Below are positions 8,497-17,924 of a stretch of DNA of 63,469 bases, one piece after another. Below the pieces are notes generated by a model, which was not told the DNA's origin, ran no database searches, and saw only the letters and a program-made list of their open reading frames with translations. Position 1 is the first letter of the stretch. Each line of letters opens with the position of its first letter. Location: positions 1-63,469 of the IMG/VR virus record IMGVR_UViG_3300045988_132430, one strand, 5' to 3'. The position numbers and the translations under genes are program-made. Source of the stretch: a virus.

Positions 8497-11400
8497 TTAC
8501 ATGTTTCTTGTATTTCTTTCGATTTTAGTCAATTTTGCATTCATTGTATACAACTCATTTGTGTTCTTTTCGATTGCTGCTAAATGGCTAACCGATGTGC
8601 GCTGAATCTCAATACTCTCATCGTAGTACGCATTACGCTTATTCTCGATTGTTACAATTACTTGCAAGCCATCGTTAATGCTTACCAATGTAGCAGCGTC
8701 AATGAGTTGTTGGTTGCGTATTGAATACAGAGCTTCGTTGGTAGCAAGCGCACGACCGCTAAGTTCTTCGATACTCTCTTCTGACGCAGTAGCGTAGCCA
8801 CCTGACTTACTACTTTCTGTCGATGATTTACCAAGCCCTACATTTTCGGTAATTTGTTTCCGTTCTTCGTAGAACGCATTGCTCATTTCTTTCGCTTCAT
8901 CAATGAACTGCTGTTTCTGCGCTTCGGAAATTGTGCCGTTACCTGCCTTCATTGCTGCTTGATACCTTTCGGTATAATCCTTCATCCATGACTTAACCTT
9001 TTCGCCCATCATATTCTCAATAATCGCGCTTCGGATTTTGTCTTTGAAATCAGAGACCCAATCGTCTGCACTCTTACTCATGTCTGTTAGTGCGCTCATG
9101 AAGTTTGAGTACATGTCATCGAACTTTACACCAGTAAGTTTTTCAAGTGCTTCTTGCTGAAAATCTTCAGTACCTTTCTTGCACTCAATTAGCTTATCAA
9201 GATAATCTTGCATCTCAGTACCGAGTGAAGCCCAAAATTCACCATTATCAGCACCCTTTAATTTGACAAGTTGGTCGTAGGTGTAATTCTTTGAATATAA
9301 ATCTTCAATGCGTGAAATATTAACTCCTGCCAATCTACTCCATTTGTTAAATCCACCAGCATTATTGATAGCTTCATTTGCTCTGTAGGCTTGTGAATGC
9401 GCATTAAATGAACGCTTGCTAAGGAATGTTCTTGTCACGTTCTTAATGCTCTTTTCTTCTGCCTTATAGAGTGCTTCAACTTCTGCAATAGCCTTCTTAG
9501 CTTCATTGCCAAAGCTCATGTCTATATACTCTTTCTTCTTGTCAATAAGGTCACTCCAGATACCAGACAATTTCTCATAGTGCGCGAGTTCTTGCTTATA
9601 TGCCTTTTCTCCGCTGCCATGACCGAACAACGAAACAAAGCCACTAAACACATCAGCAACGCCACCAAATACACCCGTAATGGCGTGAACGTAATTACCA
9701 ACATCCAAGAATGAGCCTATCTTCGTCAGGTCGAAGCCTTCAAAAGCACTACCAATCGAACCGAACCCATCAAATACTTGTGTAAGACCATCAGGCATGC
9801 TTACACCAAATTTTTCAAGCATTCCGCTCACATCCTTGCCCATGGTGGATAAAGTCTTGAAGCCACTACCTACGGACTTCGTTGTTTCATTCGCGGTCTT
9901 TTCTGCTTCGGTGTAGTCTTTTGTTGCTTTTGCAGCACGTTCAAGGAGTTCGCCAAATGTTATAAGTTTCTTACTTACTGGGTCATATACTTGTTCATTT
10001 CTGATTTCAGCTTTCTTTTCTGTATCAGAGGAATTTTCAGCTTCCTTATAGCGTTTCCAAATAGAGCCACCAGCAACATTTTTAACTTGCTCGTTAGCTT
10101 TGTCCGCTGCATTTTTCTTGCTCTTTAAATCGCGGAAAGAACTAAACATATTACCAATTAACGAGCCTTTCTTGGCTTGTTCTGCACGCACCTTGTTAAT
10201 GGCTTCGTTTATGGTTTTAATGCTCTCAACTGAAAGGTTCTTGTCGTTTTGGATTAGTGTTTCAAGCTGCTTTTGCAAGTCCGCTAAAGCGGATTTACCC
10301 AAACGGCTAAGGTCGCCAAAGACATCTTCCCAGTTAAGTTGTTTCTTTATTTCCTCAAATTCAAGAGCCTTTGAGTTCTTTTCGTATTCCTTTTCATAGG
10401 ACTTGTATTCTGGAGAGTTTTTATCAAGCCCTTGCGTATCATGCAAGAACTTTTCTTCAAGTGCAGCACGCTTTTCGAGGAATGTTCCGTACTTCTGATA
10501 GTACTCGTTCCATGCGTCTTTGGACTGAGATACCCAATCTAATTGCGCTTGCGCATTTTGTCTTAGTTTATCAATTTCATTTTTGCTCGTTTCGTTTGTG
10601 GTCTTTTGCAGTTCTTGTTCGAGGAATTGTATATCAGACCTCAATTTCTTTATTTGTTTTTCCTTATCAGAAAGATTATCGTATTCAGCAAAATGTTCTT
10701 TAATGGCAGTTGCTTTGTCCTTAGAAGAATTATCTACTATTTGTTTATTACGCTTATTATACACAGCCGAAATCTTACTGTCAGATAAAACATCTTCTCG
10801 CCATTGAGCATCTGTTTTTTTCCCGTCTTTTGTATTTAGCCATGTTTCTCCTTTCTTGTGATTTCCAGCTTTCCATAATTTCTCTGATACAGATTTCCTG
10901 CTCTTTATGATTGCGTTCAGCCAATCTTCCAAAGCTTTTTCTTCTTTGGTTTTATTATTATCTATTTCTTTAATCTCCTTTTTAAGAGATTCATCCATAT
11001 ATTTTATGCTATCATCAGTAATTTCTTGCTGCATCTTAGCAATTTCATTGGCTTCCTTCTCTTTAGCATCTTTCTGAATTGAAATTCTGTCTGAGTTTAT
11101 TTCTGCGGCAGATTTCGTCCTTGTAGTACCTTTCTTTCCACTCTTTTTACCGCCTCCAGTTTCATTGCCTGCAGATTTATTCAATTTCTTTTGCTTTTTA
11201 ATAGCCTTGGCTTTAACCCTGACTAACATCTTGCGCAATTCAGTTCTATCATCTGCAGAATTAACCTTAGCTTTTAAATCCTTAACGATATTATCAATCG
11301 CGTCATTAGAATGAGCGTTATTTATTTGGTCTGTATACTTTTCTTCTATTTGATTTAGATAATCTTTTTGAGAGTGTTTATTTGTTTTGATTGTCTGTTT

Positions 11401-14400
11401 CTTTTTCGCTTGTTTTTTGGGTTGAGTAGATTTTTTTGTTGGTACGGGTGTTATAAATGGACCATTATATTGCGGTTGGGGCTTACTCCATGGGAGGTTA
11501 TTGTTAAAAGGGAATCTACCAAATCCACCATTTGTATTAGTACCATTTCCTTTTGGTGGAGTATTTCTATCAAATATAGATTTAATCCTTACATACCATT
11601 GTGTACCAGATAGTTTTGCAAGCAAATTTGAAAGCGTACTTACTTTATTCCTTGCTATGTCTGCTTCACTGGAATCTACTTTAGGCTTCGCTTTTTTCTT
11701 GTCTAAATTATCTGAAGCATTTGACGCTTTATCATGTTCTTCTGTTGCTTTTTCTGCATCAGAAGAATCCACTTTAGGCTTTGCTTCTTTTTCTCCGAGT
11801 TCAGATACACTTGAAGATGCTTCGTTGTAACTCTTTATCAAGTCTTCAACTGACATCTTTGTAATATCATTATTCGCTTCTTGCCTTGCAGCAGTTCTGT
11901 CACTATCTTCTTGAACTTTCTTTGCATATTGCGCTTGTGCTGCCATTAACACCGCAATATTATTCAATCCAGATTTAGCATAGTCAGCAAACCCAGTTTT
12001 TAGGTAAGTAATATCAACTCCCATGTTACTCATTTGTCCTTTAAACGATGAGTACATTTGCGATAATAGTTGATTTTGCTCATTTACATTACCATTAGCT
12101 TCTTTCCATTTGGAAGCGTACGATGTTATTATTGATGAAGCTACAACAGAAGCCTGCTCTGACATATTTGAGAACTTTTTCCACTGTTCACCAACTTCAA
12201 TTAACGCTTCTTTCATTTCAGTTCCTGCTGAAAATTTAGCATGAAGCGCATCTTTATCTATCACATCATAACTGCTTGAAAAAGATTTCTGTAATTCTTT
12301 TTTTAAATCGTCTGCTTCTTTTTCAATGCTCTTGTTATAGCTTTCAAGTGCGTTTGCATTTATCCTTGCTTGTCCTTCTTGTTGAATAAGGTTTATTAGC
12401 TCATTTCTCAACCGATTTACTTGAGATAATTTGTCTTTTTCTTCGTCTATCTGAATACCATATTCATTGTATATACCGCATAGTTCTTCTATACTATCTT
12501 TGTATACTTTTGAATTTTTATCAACAGAATTGACGACTGCAAGCAAAGTGTTTGCATTCGCTTGCGTTTTTACTGCTTCTTCTCCGAATTTCTTTACTTC
12601 TTCTGTGGCTTCTTCTGTACTATCCGAGAAAGCAGAGAATATGCCTATACCGATAGAAATAGCTGTAATAGCCATTCCTATCGGATTTGATGCGAAAGCA
12701 GCTTTAAGTCCGTTAAATGCAGTCGTTAACTGCCCAGTTGCCCAAGTAAGAGCCTTCGTTGCTAACGAGTTCGCAGACTTTGATGCTGTGTCTATATTTT
12801 GTTGAACAATTTGAGCCTTTTTGGATGTTGAACTTAAATTCGTTGCTGCCGTATTTTTCGCGATGGCTGCTGCTTGTACATTAGTTGCAGCTGTTTCTTT
12901 TGTTTTAGACGCAGTTGATAGATTTTCTGCAGCTGTTTCTTTCTGTTTTATAGCTGCGGCTAATTCTGCTTCTCCTGCTGCGAAGGCTTCTGCGTCACCT
13001 TCGTTGAATGCAACCGCGATTTTTTCTTTAATAGCGTCTATTTGCTCGTTTGTTGCGTCAACGACATTCTTTGCATCTTCTACTCCAGTTGATGCTGAAT
13101 TAAAAGACATTTGTGCTTCTTCCCATGCTTTATTAGCAGAATCGAAAGCGTCTTGTGCTGCTTGTATTTCTTCTTCGTGTAATGCTTTGAGTTGATTGCG
13201 TAGTTCTTGTATTTGATTCGCTTTGTCAAGGTCTATACTTCCACCTTTAACTTGTTGCCCGAGGTCATCGTCAAGAGCAGATATTCCATTCTTTTGTTGA
13301 ATGAGTGCAATTTGTTGTTCAAGATTCGCAATTTCTTGACTTGCTGCGGCATTATTAACGGCTGCGACTGCTGCTGTTGCTGCTTTATTCATTCCCCATG
13401 CTGCTGCAATACTGATTATAATAGAACCTATTTCTTTGTAATGGTCTACCATGTCAGCAGCGAGTTCTATAGCACCACCAATAGCACCTTCTGATTTTTC
13501 TCCAATCTCGTTAAACATCATATCGATATTATCTTCAAGATTGGCGAGTTGACCCGTTAACGTCTTACTTTGCGCATCCATAAGACCGCCAAATTTACCT
13601 CCCTCATTAGTTAAGTCTTCAATAGCTTTTTGAACTTCTGGAAACCCAACTTTACCTTCTGAAACGAGGTCTTTAACTTTGCTTTCAGACACCCCAAATT
13701 GCTTTGCAAGCTCTGCAATCATAGGTATACCACGACCAGTAAATTGCATAAGGTCTTGCGCATAGAGCCTTCCTTGGCTCATTGTTGTGCCATACAGATA
13801 AATTATATCATTTAGAGGGATTGATAACCCTGCAGCAATGTCACCCAATCTAACAAGAGTGTCGTTTACTTGATTTGCTTCTAAACCATAAGCTAATAAT
13901 TGCTTCGCGCCATTCGCAACCCCTTGTAAGTCAAAAGGAGTGGAAGCTGCTGTAGTCACCATCTGTTGCATGAGTGCAGTAGCTTTCTGTTCGCTTCCAA
14001 GCATTGTATTGAAAGCCATTTCAATTTGCTGGAATTGTCCTCTAATATTCGTTACATTAGAAGCAAATTCTTGAGCTGAAAAAGCAATACCGAAACTTGC
14101 TGCAGATTTCGCAAGAGAAGCAAACATTGCATCTGCTGATGCGCCAGCATCTTGCATCTTGTGTAACGTATTCACAAAATTTCCACCATCAGAACTTGCC
14201 TTCGCGTAGCTATTCCCAAGGTTCTTAATTTCTGTAGATGTTTTAGCTGCATTCGTAGCCTGCTTAGACATTCCTTCGTCAGATTTTGCAAAATTGGACA
14301 TAATAAGCGAAACATCTGACGATATGTTTTTTGCAGCGTTGTTTGCTTGCGTTTGCATATTCATCAATGCTTGAATAAAGTCATTTGCGCTTTTCTGAAT

Positions 14401-14454
14401 GTCGTTTGCATCAATCGTGGCTCTGATGCCTATTGCGCCATCAATATCTTCCAT
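8497..14454 (-). CDS. Tail tape measure protein
   Basis: 1985-aa ORF that is Ala/Gln/Lys/Glu-rich with extended coiled-coil character and a central Lys-rich low-complexity region containing a duplicated AKPKVDSS segment. The position is typical. Confidence 0.9.
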   Translation of the reverse strand: MEDIDGAIGIRATIDANDIQKSANDFIQALMNMQTQANNAAKNISSDVSLIMSNFAKSDEGMSKQATNAAKTSTEIKNLGNSYAKASSDGGNFVNTLHKMQDAGASADAMFASLAKSAASFGIAFSAQEFASNVTNIRGQFQQIEMAFNTMLGSEQKATALMQQMVTTAASTPFDLQGVANGAKQLLAYGLEANQVNDTLVRLGDIAAGLSIPLNDIIYLYGTTMSQGRLYAQDLMQFTGRGIPMIAELAKQFGVSESKVKDLVSEGKVGFPEVQKAIEDLTNEGGKFGGLMDAQSKTLTGQLANLEDNIDMMFNEIGEKSEGAIGGAIELAADMVDHYKEIGSIIISIAAAWGMNKAATAAVAAVNNAAASQEIANLEQQIALIQQKNGISALDDDLGQQVKGGSIDLDKANQIQELRNQLKALHEEEIQAAQDAFDSANKAWEEAQMSFNSASTGVEDAKNVVDATNEQIDAIKEKIAVAFNEGDAEAFAAGEAELAAAIKQKETAAENLSTASKTKETAATNVQAAAIAKNTAATNLSSTSKKAQIVQQNIDTASKSANSLATKALTWATGQLTTAFNGLKAAFASNPIGMAITAISIGIGIFSAFSDSTEEATEEVKKFGEEAVKTQANANTLLAVVNSVDKNSKVYKDSIEELCGIYNEYGIQIDEEKDKLSQVNRLRNELINLIQQEGQARINANALESYNKSIEKEADDLKKELQKSFSSSYDVIDKDALHAKFSAGTEMKEALIEVGEQWKKFSNMSEQASVVASSIITSYASKWKEANGNVNEQNQLLSQMYSSFKGQMSNMGVDITYLKTGFADYAKSGLNNIAVLMAAQAQYAKKVQEDSDRTAARQEANNDITKMSVEDLIKSYNEASSSVSELGEKEAKPKVDSSDAEKATEEHDKASNASDNLDKKKAKPKVDSSEADIARNKVSTLSNLLAKLSGTQWYVRIKSIFDRNTPPKGNGTNTNGGFGRFPFNNNLPWSKPQPQYNGPFITPVPTKKSTQPKKQAKKKQTIKTNKHSQKDYLNQIEEKYTDQINNAHSNDAIDNIVKDLKAKVNSADDRTELRKMLVRVKAKAIKKQKKLNKSAGNETGGGKKSGKKGTTRTKSAAEINSDRISIQKDAKEKEANEIAKMQQEITDDSIKYMDESLKKEIKEIDNNKTKEEKALEDWLNAIIKSRKSVSEKLWKAGNHKKGETWLNTKDGKKTDAQWREDVLSDSKISAVYNKRNKQIVDNSSKDKATAIKEHFAEYDNLSDKEKQIKKLRSDIQFLEQELQKTTNETSKNEIDKLRQNAQAQLDWVSQSKDAWNEYYQKYGTFLEKRAALEEKFLHDTQGLDKNSPEYKSYEKEYEKNSKALEFEEIKKQLNWEDVFGDLSRLGKSALADLQKQLETLIQNDKNLSVESIKTINEAINKVRAEQAKKGSLIGNMFSSFRDLKSKKNAADKANEQVKNVAGGSIWKRYKEAENSSDTEKKAEIRNEQVYDPVSKKLITFGELLERAAKATKDYTEAEKTANETTKSVGSGFKTLSTMGKDVSGMLEKFGVSMPDGLTQVFDGFGSIGSAFEGFDLTKIGSFLDVGNYVHAITGVFGGVADVFSGFVSLFGHGSGEKAYKQELAHYEKLSGIWSDLIDKKKEYIDMSFGNEAKKAIAEVEALYKAEEKSIKNVTRTFLSKRSFNAHSQAYRANEAINNAGGFNKWSRLAGVNISRIEDLYSKNYTYDQLVKLKGADNGEFWASLGTEMQDYLDKLIECKKGTEDFQQEALEKLTGVKFDDMYSNFMSALTDMSKSADDWVSDFKDKIRSAIIENMMGEKVKSWMKDYTERYQAAMKAGNGTISEAQKQQFIDEAKEMSNAFYEERKQITENVGLGKSSTESSKSGGYATASEESIEELSGRALATNEALYSIRNQQLIDAATLVSINDGLQVIVTIENKRNAYYDESIEIQRTSVSHLAAIEKNTNELYTMNAKLTKIERNTRNM

Positions 14455-14463
14455 ATCGTTTAT

Positions 14464-14679
14464 TTACATTAGAGAAGCAAAGAAGCTATTACCATTGTCA
14501 TTCTTAGCGTAGCTCTTGCGCTTTGGTTTTACTTGATTTGTGTTATTATTGCTTGGTTGCTCATCTTCATTATCTTCATCTAAAGGCTTGATTGAAGGGA
14601 TTGCTGCATTCAGCAAGAGCAAATTGAGATAGCTGCGTTTAAAAACAACCTCATCGTAGCTCATGCGGAAATACTTCAT
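14464..14679 (-). CDS. T segment of the tail assembly chaperone GT (now separated from G by the nested element)
   Basis: 71-aa ORF directly upstream of TMP. Its frame stays open upstream to the element junction at 14741. See the findings. Confidence 0.55.
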   Translation of the reverse strand: MKYFRMSYDEVVFKRSYLNLLLLNAAIPSIKPLDEDNEDEQPSNNNTNQVKPKRKSYAKNDNGNSFFASLM

Positions 14680-14741
14680 TACTCCTCCGATGAACCCCCA
14701 TGGACTTGTGCTGCGCGAGTATTCGTCGTCGTCTGTTTTGC

Positions 14742-14754
14742 ACCGCGCAGGAAA
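14742..14754. repeat. Left copy of the 13-bp att core of the nested element
   Basis: ACCGCGCAGGAAA, identical to 23119-23131. Confidence 0.8.
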
Positions 14755-14921
14755 TAAATATGTATTTTGTTTTGTTTCTGTATCAGTTAGTTATGTTTCA
14801 ATTTGCTTCTACTTGCACAACATTTGCACAACTTATTCCGCGTTGTTTTTCGTTTTAAGCGTGTTTTATTCGTTTTGTGGGTACTTGTAAGCCTCAACCG
14901 CTAAAACTCGCCTAAATCGTT

Positions 14922-15227
14922 TTATTTCGCTTTTATGGTCTTAAGCATTCCCTTTGCTTCGCATATCTCGCCCCATAGCCATGCGCCATTGGTTTGTATA
15001 TATGTAAGTAGTTCGGTAATGCTTTGCAATGCTTTGTAAAGCGTTTCTTTATCGCCTTGCGGTACTTCTGACTTGCCAACTATGTACGCAAGTGAAACAA
15101 GTGTACAAATGTCTTTTTGTCGGTTTATTACTAAAATATCTTCGCAGTTATCAAGGTTTTCGCAAAGTTCCTTGATGTCTTCCTTTGATGGTGTTTCTTT
15201 TGTTTGTTGGTTTGTTGTTGTATTCAT
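14922..15227 (-). CDS. Hypothetical protein (nested element)
   Basis: 101-aa ORF, last gene of a three-gene leftward operon. Confidence 0.55.
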   Translation of the reverse strand: MNTTTNQQTKETPSKEDIKELCENLDNCEDILVINRQKDICTLVSLAYIVGKSEVPQGDKETLYKALQSITELLTYIQTNGAWLWGEICEAKGMLKTIKAK

Positions 15228-15231
15228 TGTC

Positions 15232-15471
15232 TTATTTGTTTTTATTGTTGTTGTCTGTTTGAATTGTTGAGGCTTGCAAGTGCCAAACCTTGTAACGCGT
15301 TTTGTTGCCCTTGCGCCACTCGCTTTTTATTAAATATCCCTTTGCTCTTAGGTAAGAAATATTTTTGTGAGGGTCTGCCACGTTGGCAAGTTTAACAAGG
15401 TCTATAGTACCATAATAGCCCCCACCTTGCAAGACTTTTAAAACCCTCGTGTTGCCGTTAGTTGCTTTCAT
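15232..15471 (-). CDS. Hypothetical small protein, possibly winged-helix
   Basis: 79-aa basic ORF (YLRAKGYLIKSEWRKGNKTRYKVW) that overlaps the upstream ORF by 14 nt. Confidence 0.45.
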   Translation of the reverse strand: MKATNGNTRVLKVLQGGGYYGTIDLVKLANVADPHKNISYLRAKGYLIKSEWRKGNKTRYKVWHLQASTIQTDNNNKNK

Positions 15472-15841
15472 TGGCTTGTATTTCGTTGGTAATATATTGG
15501 AGTGCCTTTTTTGTGTTGTCTGTTACTCGCTTCGCATATTGTAAAAACGTTTGTATTGGGCACTTTGCGCTATCCATAAAGGCAAAGCAAAAAACATTGT
15601 CGCTACAAAGTGAATGTGCCTTTTGTATGTTTGCTTTATGTCCTTTGTTCGTGTTCGCTTGCCTTAATGCGTGCAAAATTCGTGTGGCTTCTGTGTTGTG
15701 CTCTTGTGCTTTGTGCATGTCGCGCAAGAAGTTGAAAAGGTGCTTTTGTGGTTCTGCCATTAGTGAAAGCACGTTTGCACTCTCTTGTAGGTGCTTTTGC
15801 AGCCTTGCAAGTGTTTCGTTTGTGGTTTGTGTTACTATCAT
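15458..15841 (-). CDS. Hypothetical protein (nested element)
   Basis: 127-aa helical ORF preceded by the AAGCCTCAGC/GTTGAGGCTC hairpin at 15861-15890. Confidence 0.55.
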   Translation of the reverse strand: MIVTQTTNETLARLQKHLQESANVLSLMAEPQKHLFNFLRDMHKAQEHNTEATRILHALRQANTNKGHKANIQKAHSLCSDNVFCFAFMDSAKCPIQTFLQYAKRVTDNTKKALQYITNEIQANESN

Positions 15842-16091
15842 TTCTTTTGTGGTTTGTGGTAAGCCTCAGCCGTGCAAGGTGTTGAGGCTCGCCAAAGTTA
15901 TTGTATGTATGTTTTTATCTGTTTTGTTTCGTTTTGCGGTGCAAATATAACACTAAAACAAAACCAAACAAAACAAAAGTACTTTTTTCTTGTTATTATG
16001 TTGCATTTCTTCTTGTTTTGCTCTTTTGTTATTTATATTCTGTTTGTTCTTGTTTGTTATTATATTACTTGCAAATCTCCCTTTTGCTCAC

Positions 16092-16099
16092 TACCTTTG
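16092..16099 (+). promoter_or_regulatory. -7 box TACCTTTG for the first XRE regulator
   Basis: CTACCTTTGCAAT lies 25 nt upstream of the ATG at 16124. Confidence 0.45.
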
Positions 16100-16123
16100 C
16101 AATATCACTATAATAAAACAAAC

Positions 16124-16393
16124 ATGGATATAAAAGGCACAATCAAAAAACACGGCTTTACACTTGAAAGGGTAGCTAATGAGTTGGGAGTATCTAAAGG
16201 CTCTTTTTCGACCGCAACAAAAGGCAATCCCACTATAAACACTTTGCGCAAAATTGCAAACGTGTTGGGGTGTTCTGTTACTGAATTTTTCGAAGACGAA
16301 ACGAAAGAACAAAGTAGTACTTTTGTTTGTCCTCGTTGTGGTGCTCCCTTGCATATCAGCGTAAAGGAGGAAAAGCACGAAAGCAAAGAGTAA
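16124..16393 (+). CDS. XRE-family HTH regulator with a C-terminal zinc-ribbon-like CxxC
   Basis: MDIKGTIKKHGFTLERVANELGVSKGSFS... with CPRCG near the C-terminus. The tracked ORF (15872-) extends through AT-rich promoter DNA, so the internal ATG was chosen. Confidence 0.7.
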   Translation: MDIKGTIKKHGFTLERVANELGVSKGSFSTATKGNPTINTLRKIANVLGCSVTEFFEDETKEQSSTFVCPRCGAPLHISVKEEKHESKE

Positions 16394-16443
16394 CTTTGTG
16401 CCCCCACTTGTTAACCTTGTGGGGGTTCTGCTGCTTTACTGCC

Positions 16444-16683
16444 TTACCATACATAAAAGGTAACCTTTAAGCCTCTACGCAATTTACAAATAACTTTATC
16501 CGCCTTGTACATTGCCTTTTTGGCACGTGTTACCAACTTGTTAAACAAGCCAATACCTACCAACTTTACAAGACCGCTAACACCTACCAAAGTATTTAAT
16601 TTCTTGCCATCAGCATTTTTGCCGTAAACCTTAATTTTAAAAAGGTCGTTAACTTGTTTCTTTGTATATTGCATTTGTGCCAT
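16444..16683 (-). CDS. Hypothetical small basic protein between the two XRE genes
   Basis: 79-aa ORF with no recognised motif. Confidence 0.4.
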   Translation of the reverse strand: MAQMQYTKKQVNDLFKIKVYGKNADGKKLNTLVGVSGLVKLVGIGLFNKLVTRAKKAMYKADKVICKLRRGLKVTFYVW

Positions 16684-16833
16684 GTCGAAAAGGTTTTAGA
16701 ATTATCTTTTTATGTTTGTTTTCGTCTGCAAATATACATAGCACGATAATACAAACCAAATAAAAACAGAATAAAATATACTTTTCATGTTGCTTTTCTT
16801 GCTTAAATACTCTTTTTGTGTTGTTTTTGTGCG

Positions 16834-16841
16834 TATCTTTG
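16834..16841 (+). promoter_or_regulatory. -7 box TATCTTTG for the second XRE regulator
   Basis: GCGTATCTTTGCAAAG lies 30 nt upstream of the ATG at 16871. Confidence 0.45.
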
Positions 16842-16870
16842 CAAAGTAAACAAATAAACATTCTAAGTAT

Positions 16871-17155
16871 ATGGATATAAGATTAAAAGAACTTTGCAAG
16901 CAAAAAGGCATAACACAAAAAGAACTTGCAAATACTTTGGGAGTTACTGAAATAACGCTTACACGCGTAAATTCGGGTAATTGTTCCCTTTCACTATTAG
17001 AACGTATTGCAACTGCCTTGAATGTTCCAATACAAGAACTATTTAACCCACCATCAGAAAACAAAATCACGCTTATTTGCCCACACTGCAAGGGGGTTGT
17101 AAATGTTTCGCTTTCGGTTCATGGAGAGCAAAGCGAAGAAACAAATAAAGAATGA
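16871..17155 (+). CDS. XRE-family HTH regulator with C-terminal CxxC (paralog of 16124-16393)
   Basis: MDIRLKELCKQKGITQKELANTLGVTEITLTRVNSG... with CPHCKG. The architecture matches the first copy. Confidence 0.7.
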   Translation: MDIRLKELCKQKGITQKELANTLGVTEITLTRVNSGNCSLSLLERIATALNVPIQELFNPPSENKITLICPHCKGVVNVSLSVHGEQSEETNKE

Positions 17156-17197
17156 TTTTTTTGTATGTGGTCTGTAGCCTCAACAAATTAAAAGTAC

Positions 17198-17300
17198 TAC
17201 CTTTGCACTCGTTAAGTACTCCGTTGTTTTGACTTAAAAAAGTTGTTTTGTATTTTGCACAAGTCGTTCTAATTGGTTCGGCTTGTGCAAATTGTTTTTT
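17198..17300 (+). ncRNA. Candidate small RNA unit (promoter box plus about 85 nt plus a strong terminator), or simply the terminator of the XRE gene
   Basis: TACCTTTG at 17198-17205. A 10-bp stem TTTGCACAAG/CTTGTGCAAA (17254-17291) is followed by TTGTTTTTT. Confidence 0.3.
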
Positions 17301-17388
17301 CCTCCTTGTTCCAACTGCACACTAAAAAAACGCTGCAAACCATCAAAAAACGGCTTACAGCGTCCAAACTATTAAAAATGAAAGATAT

Positions 17389-17598
17389 TTAGTTACTAAA
17401 TTCTATAGAAAAGGGTTTTATTTCTTCTTTGCACCTCCTTACAAGCAAATGAGCATACCAATTATGAAATTTATTGTACCTTGTTATATATTCCCTTGCT
17501 TTGCGCTCGCTTGTAAACATTGCACTTAGTTTGTCGGCTTCGCCCTTGGGGGTGCTTACCTTTGCGAGGACAAAGTAAACATTTACACACTTGCTCAT
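17389..17598 (-). CDS. Hypothetical protein (nested element)
   Basis: 69-aa ORF with a 4-nt overlap with the upstream ORF. Confidence 0.5.
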   Translation of the reverse strand: MSKCVNVYFVLAKVSTPKGEADKLSAMFTSERKAREYITRYNKFHNWYAHLLVRRCKEEIKPFSIEFSN

Positions 17599-17924
17599 TC
17601 CAAAAGGATTTTTTTTTCTTCCTCTGTCAAATTATCTATGATTTCTTTTTCTTCTTTGGTCGTTACTACAGAGATTTTTAAATCTTCTTCCCCATTCTTG
17701 CAAAGTTTTTCTGTTTCTTCTTCTGTCAAATTATCTATGATTTCTTTTTCTTCTTTGGTCGTTACTACAAAGATGTTTAAATCTTCTTCCATATTCTTGA
17801 TAAAAGATTTGTTTATCATCTTTATTTTTCCGTTTATGAATTGAAAAACGCGCGAACATGTTTTTTTTGGTTTTTCTCCTTTTGCTACTTGTAGAATGAT
17901 TTTTATATTTGCGTCCTTGCTCAT
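17595..17924 (-). CDS. Hypothetical acidic protein with a 33-aa tandem duplication
   Basis: The sequence EDL(N/K)I(F/S)VVTTKEEKEIIDNLTEEE occurs twice, reflecting a 99-bp period (17624 and 17723). Confidence 0.55.
   Translation of the reverse strand: MSKDANIKIILQVAKGEKPKKTCSRVFQFINGKIKMINKSFIKNMEEDLNIFVVTTKEEKEIIDNLTEEETEKLCKNGEEDLKISVVTTKEEKEIIDNLTEEEKKILLE

Noticed and set aside
8497-14454. Many 60-125-aa plus-strand ORFs inside the tape measure gene (for example 10100-10399, 12821-13195 and 13207-13494) and one same-strand nested ORF (9522-9704).
   Set aside because: They are fully embedded in or antisense to a 1985-aa ORF, with low-complexity translations and no start context. They are treated as artefacts of biased composition.
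15872-16123. The N-terminal 84 codons of tracked ORF 15872-16393.
   Set aside because: The translation is Phe/Leu/Cys-rich AT-rich spacer containing a promoter box. The XRE domain starts at the ATG at 16124, which has a TACCTTTG box 25 nt upstream.
16649-17091. Minus-strand ORFs 16649-16861 and 16702-17091.
   Set aside because: They are antisense to the XRE gene and its promoter region and are hydrophobic, low-complexity artefacts.
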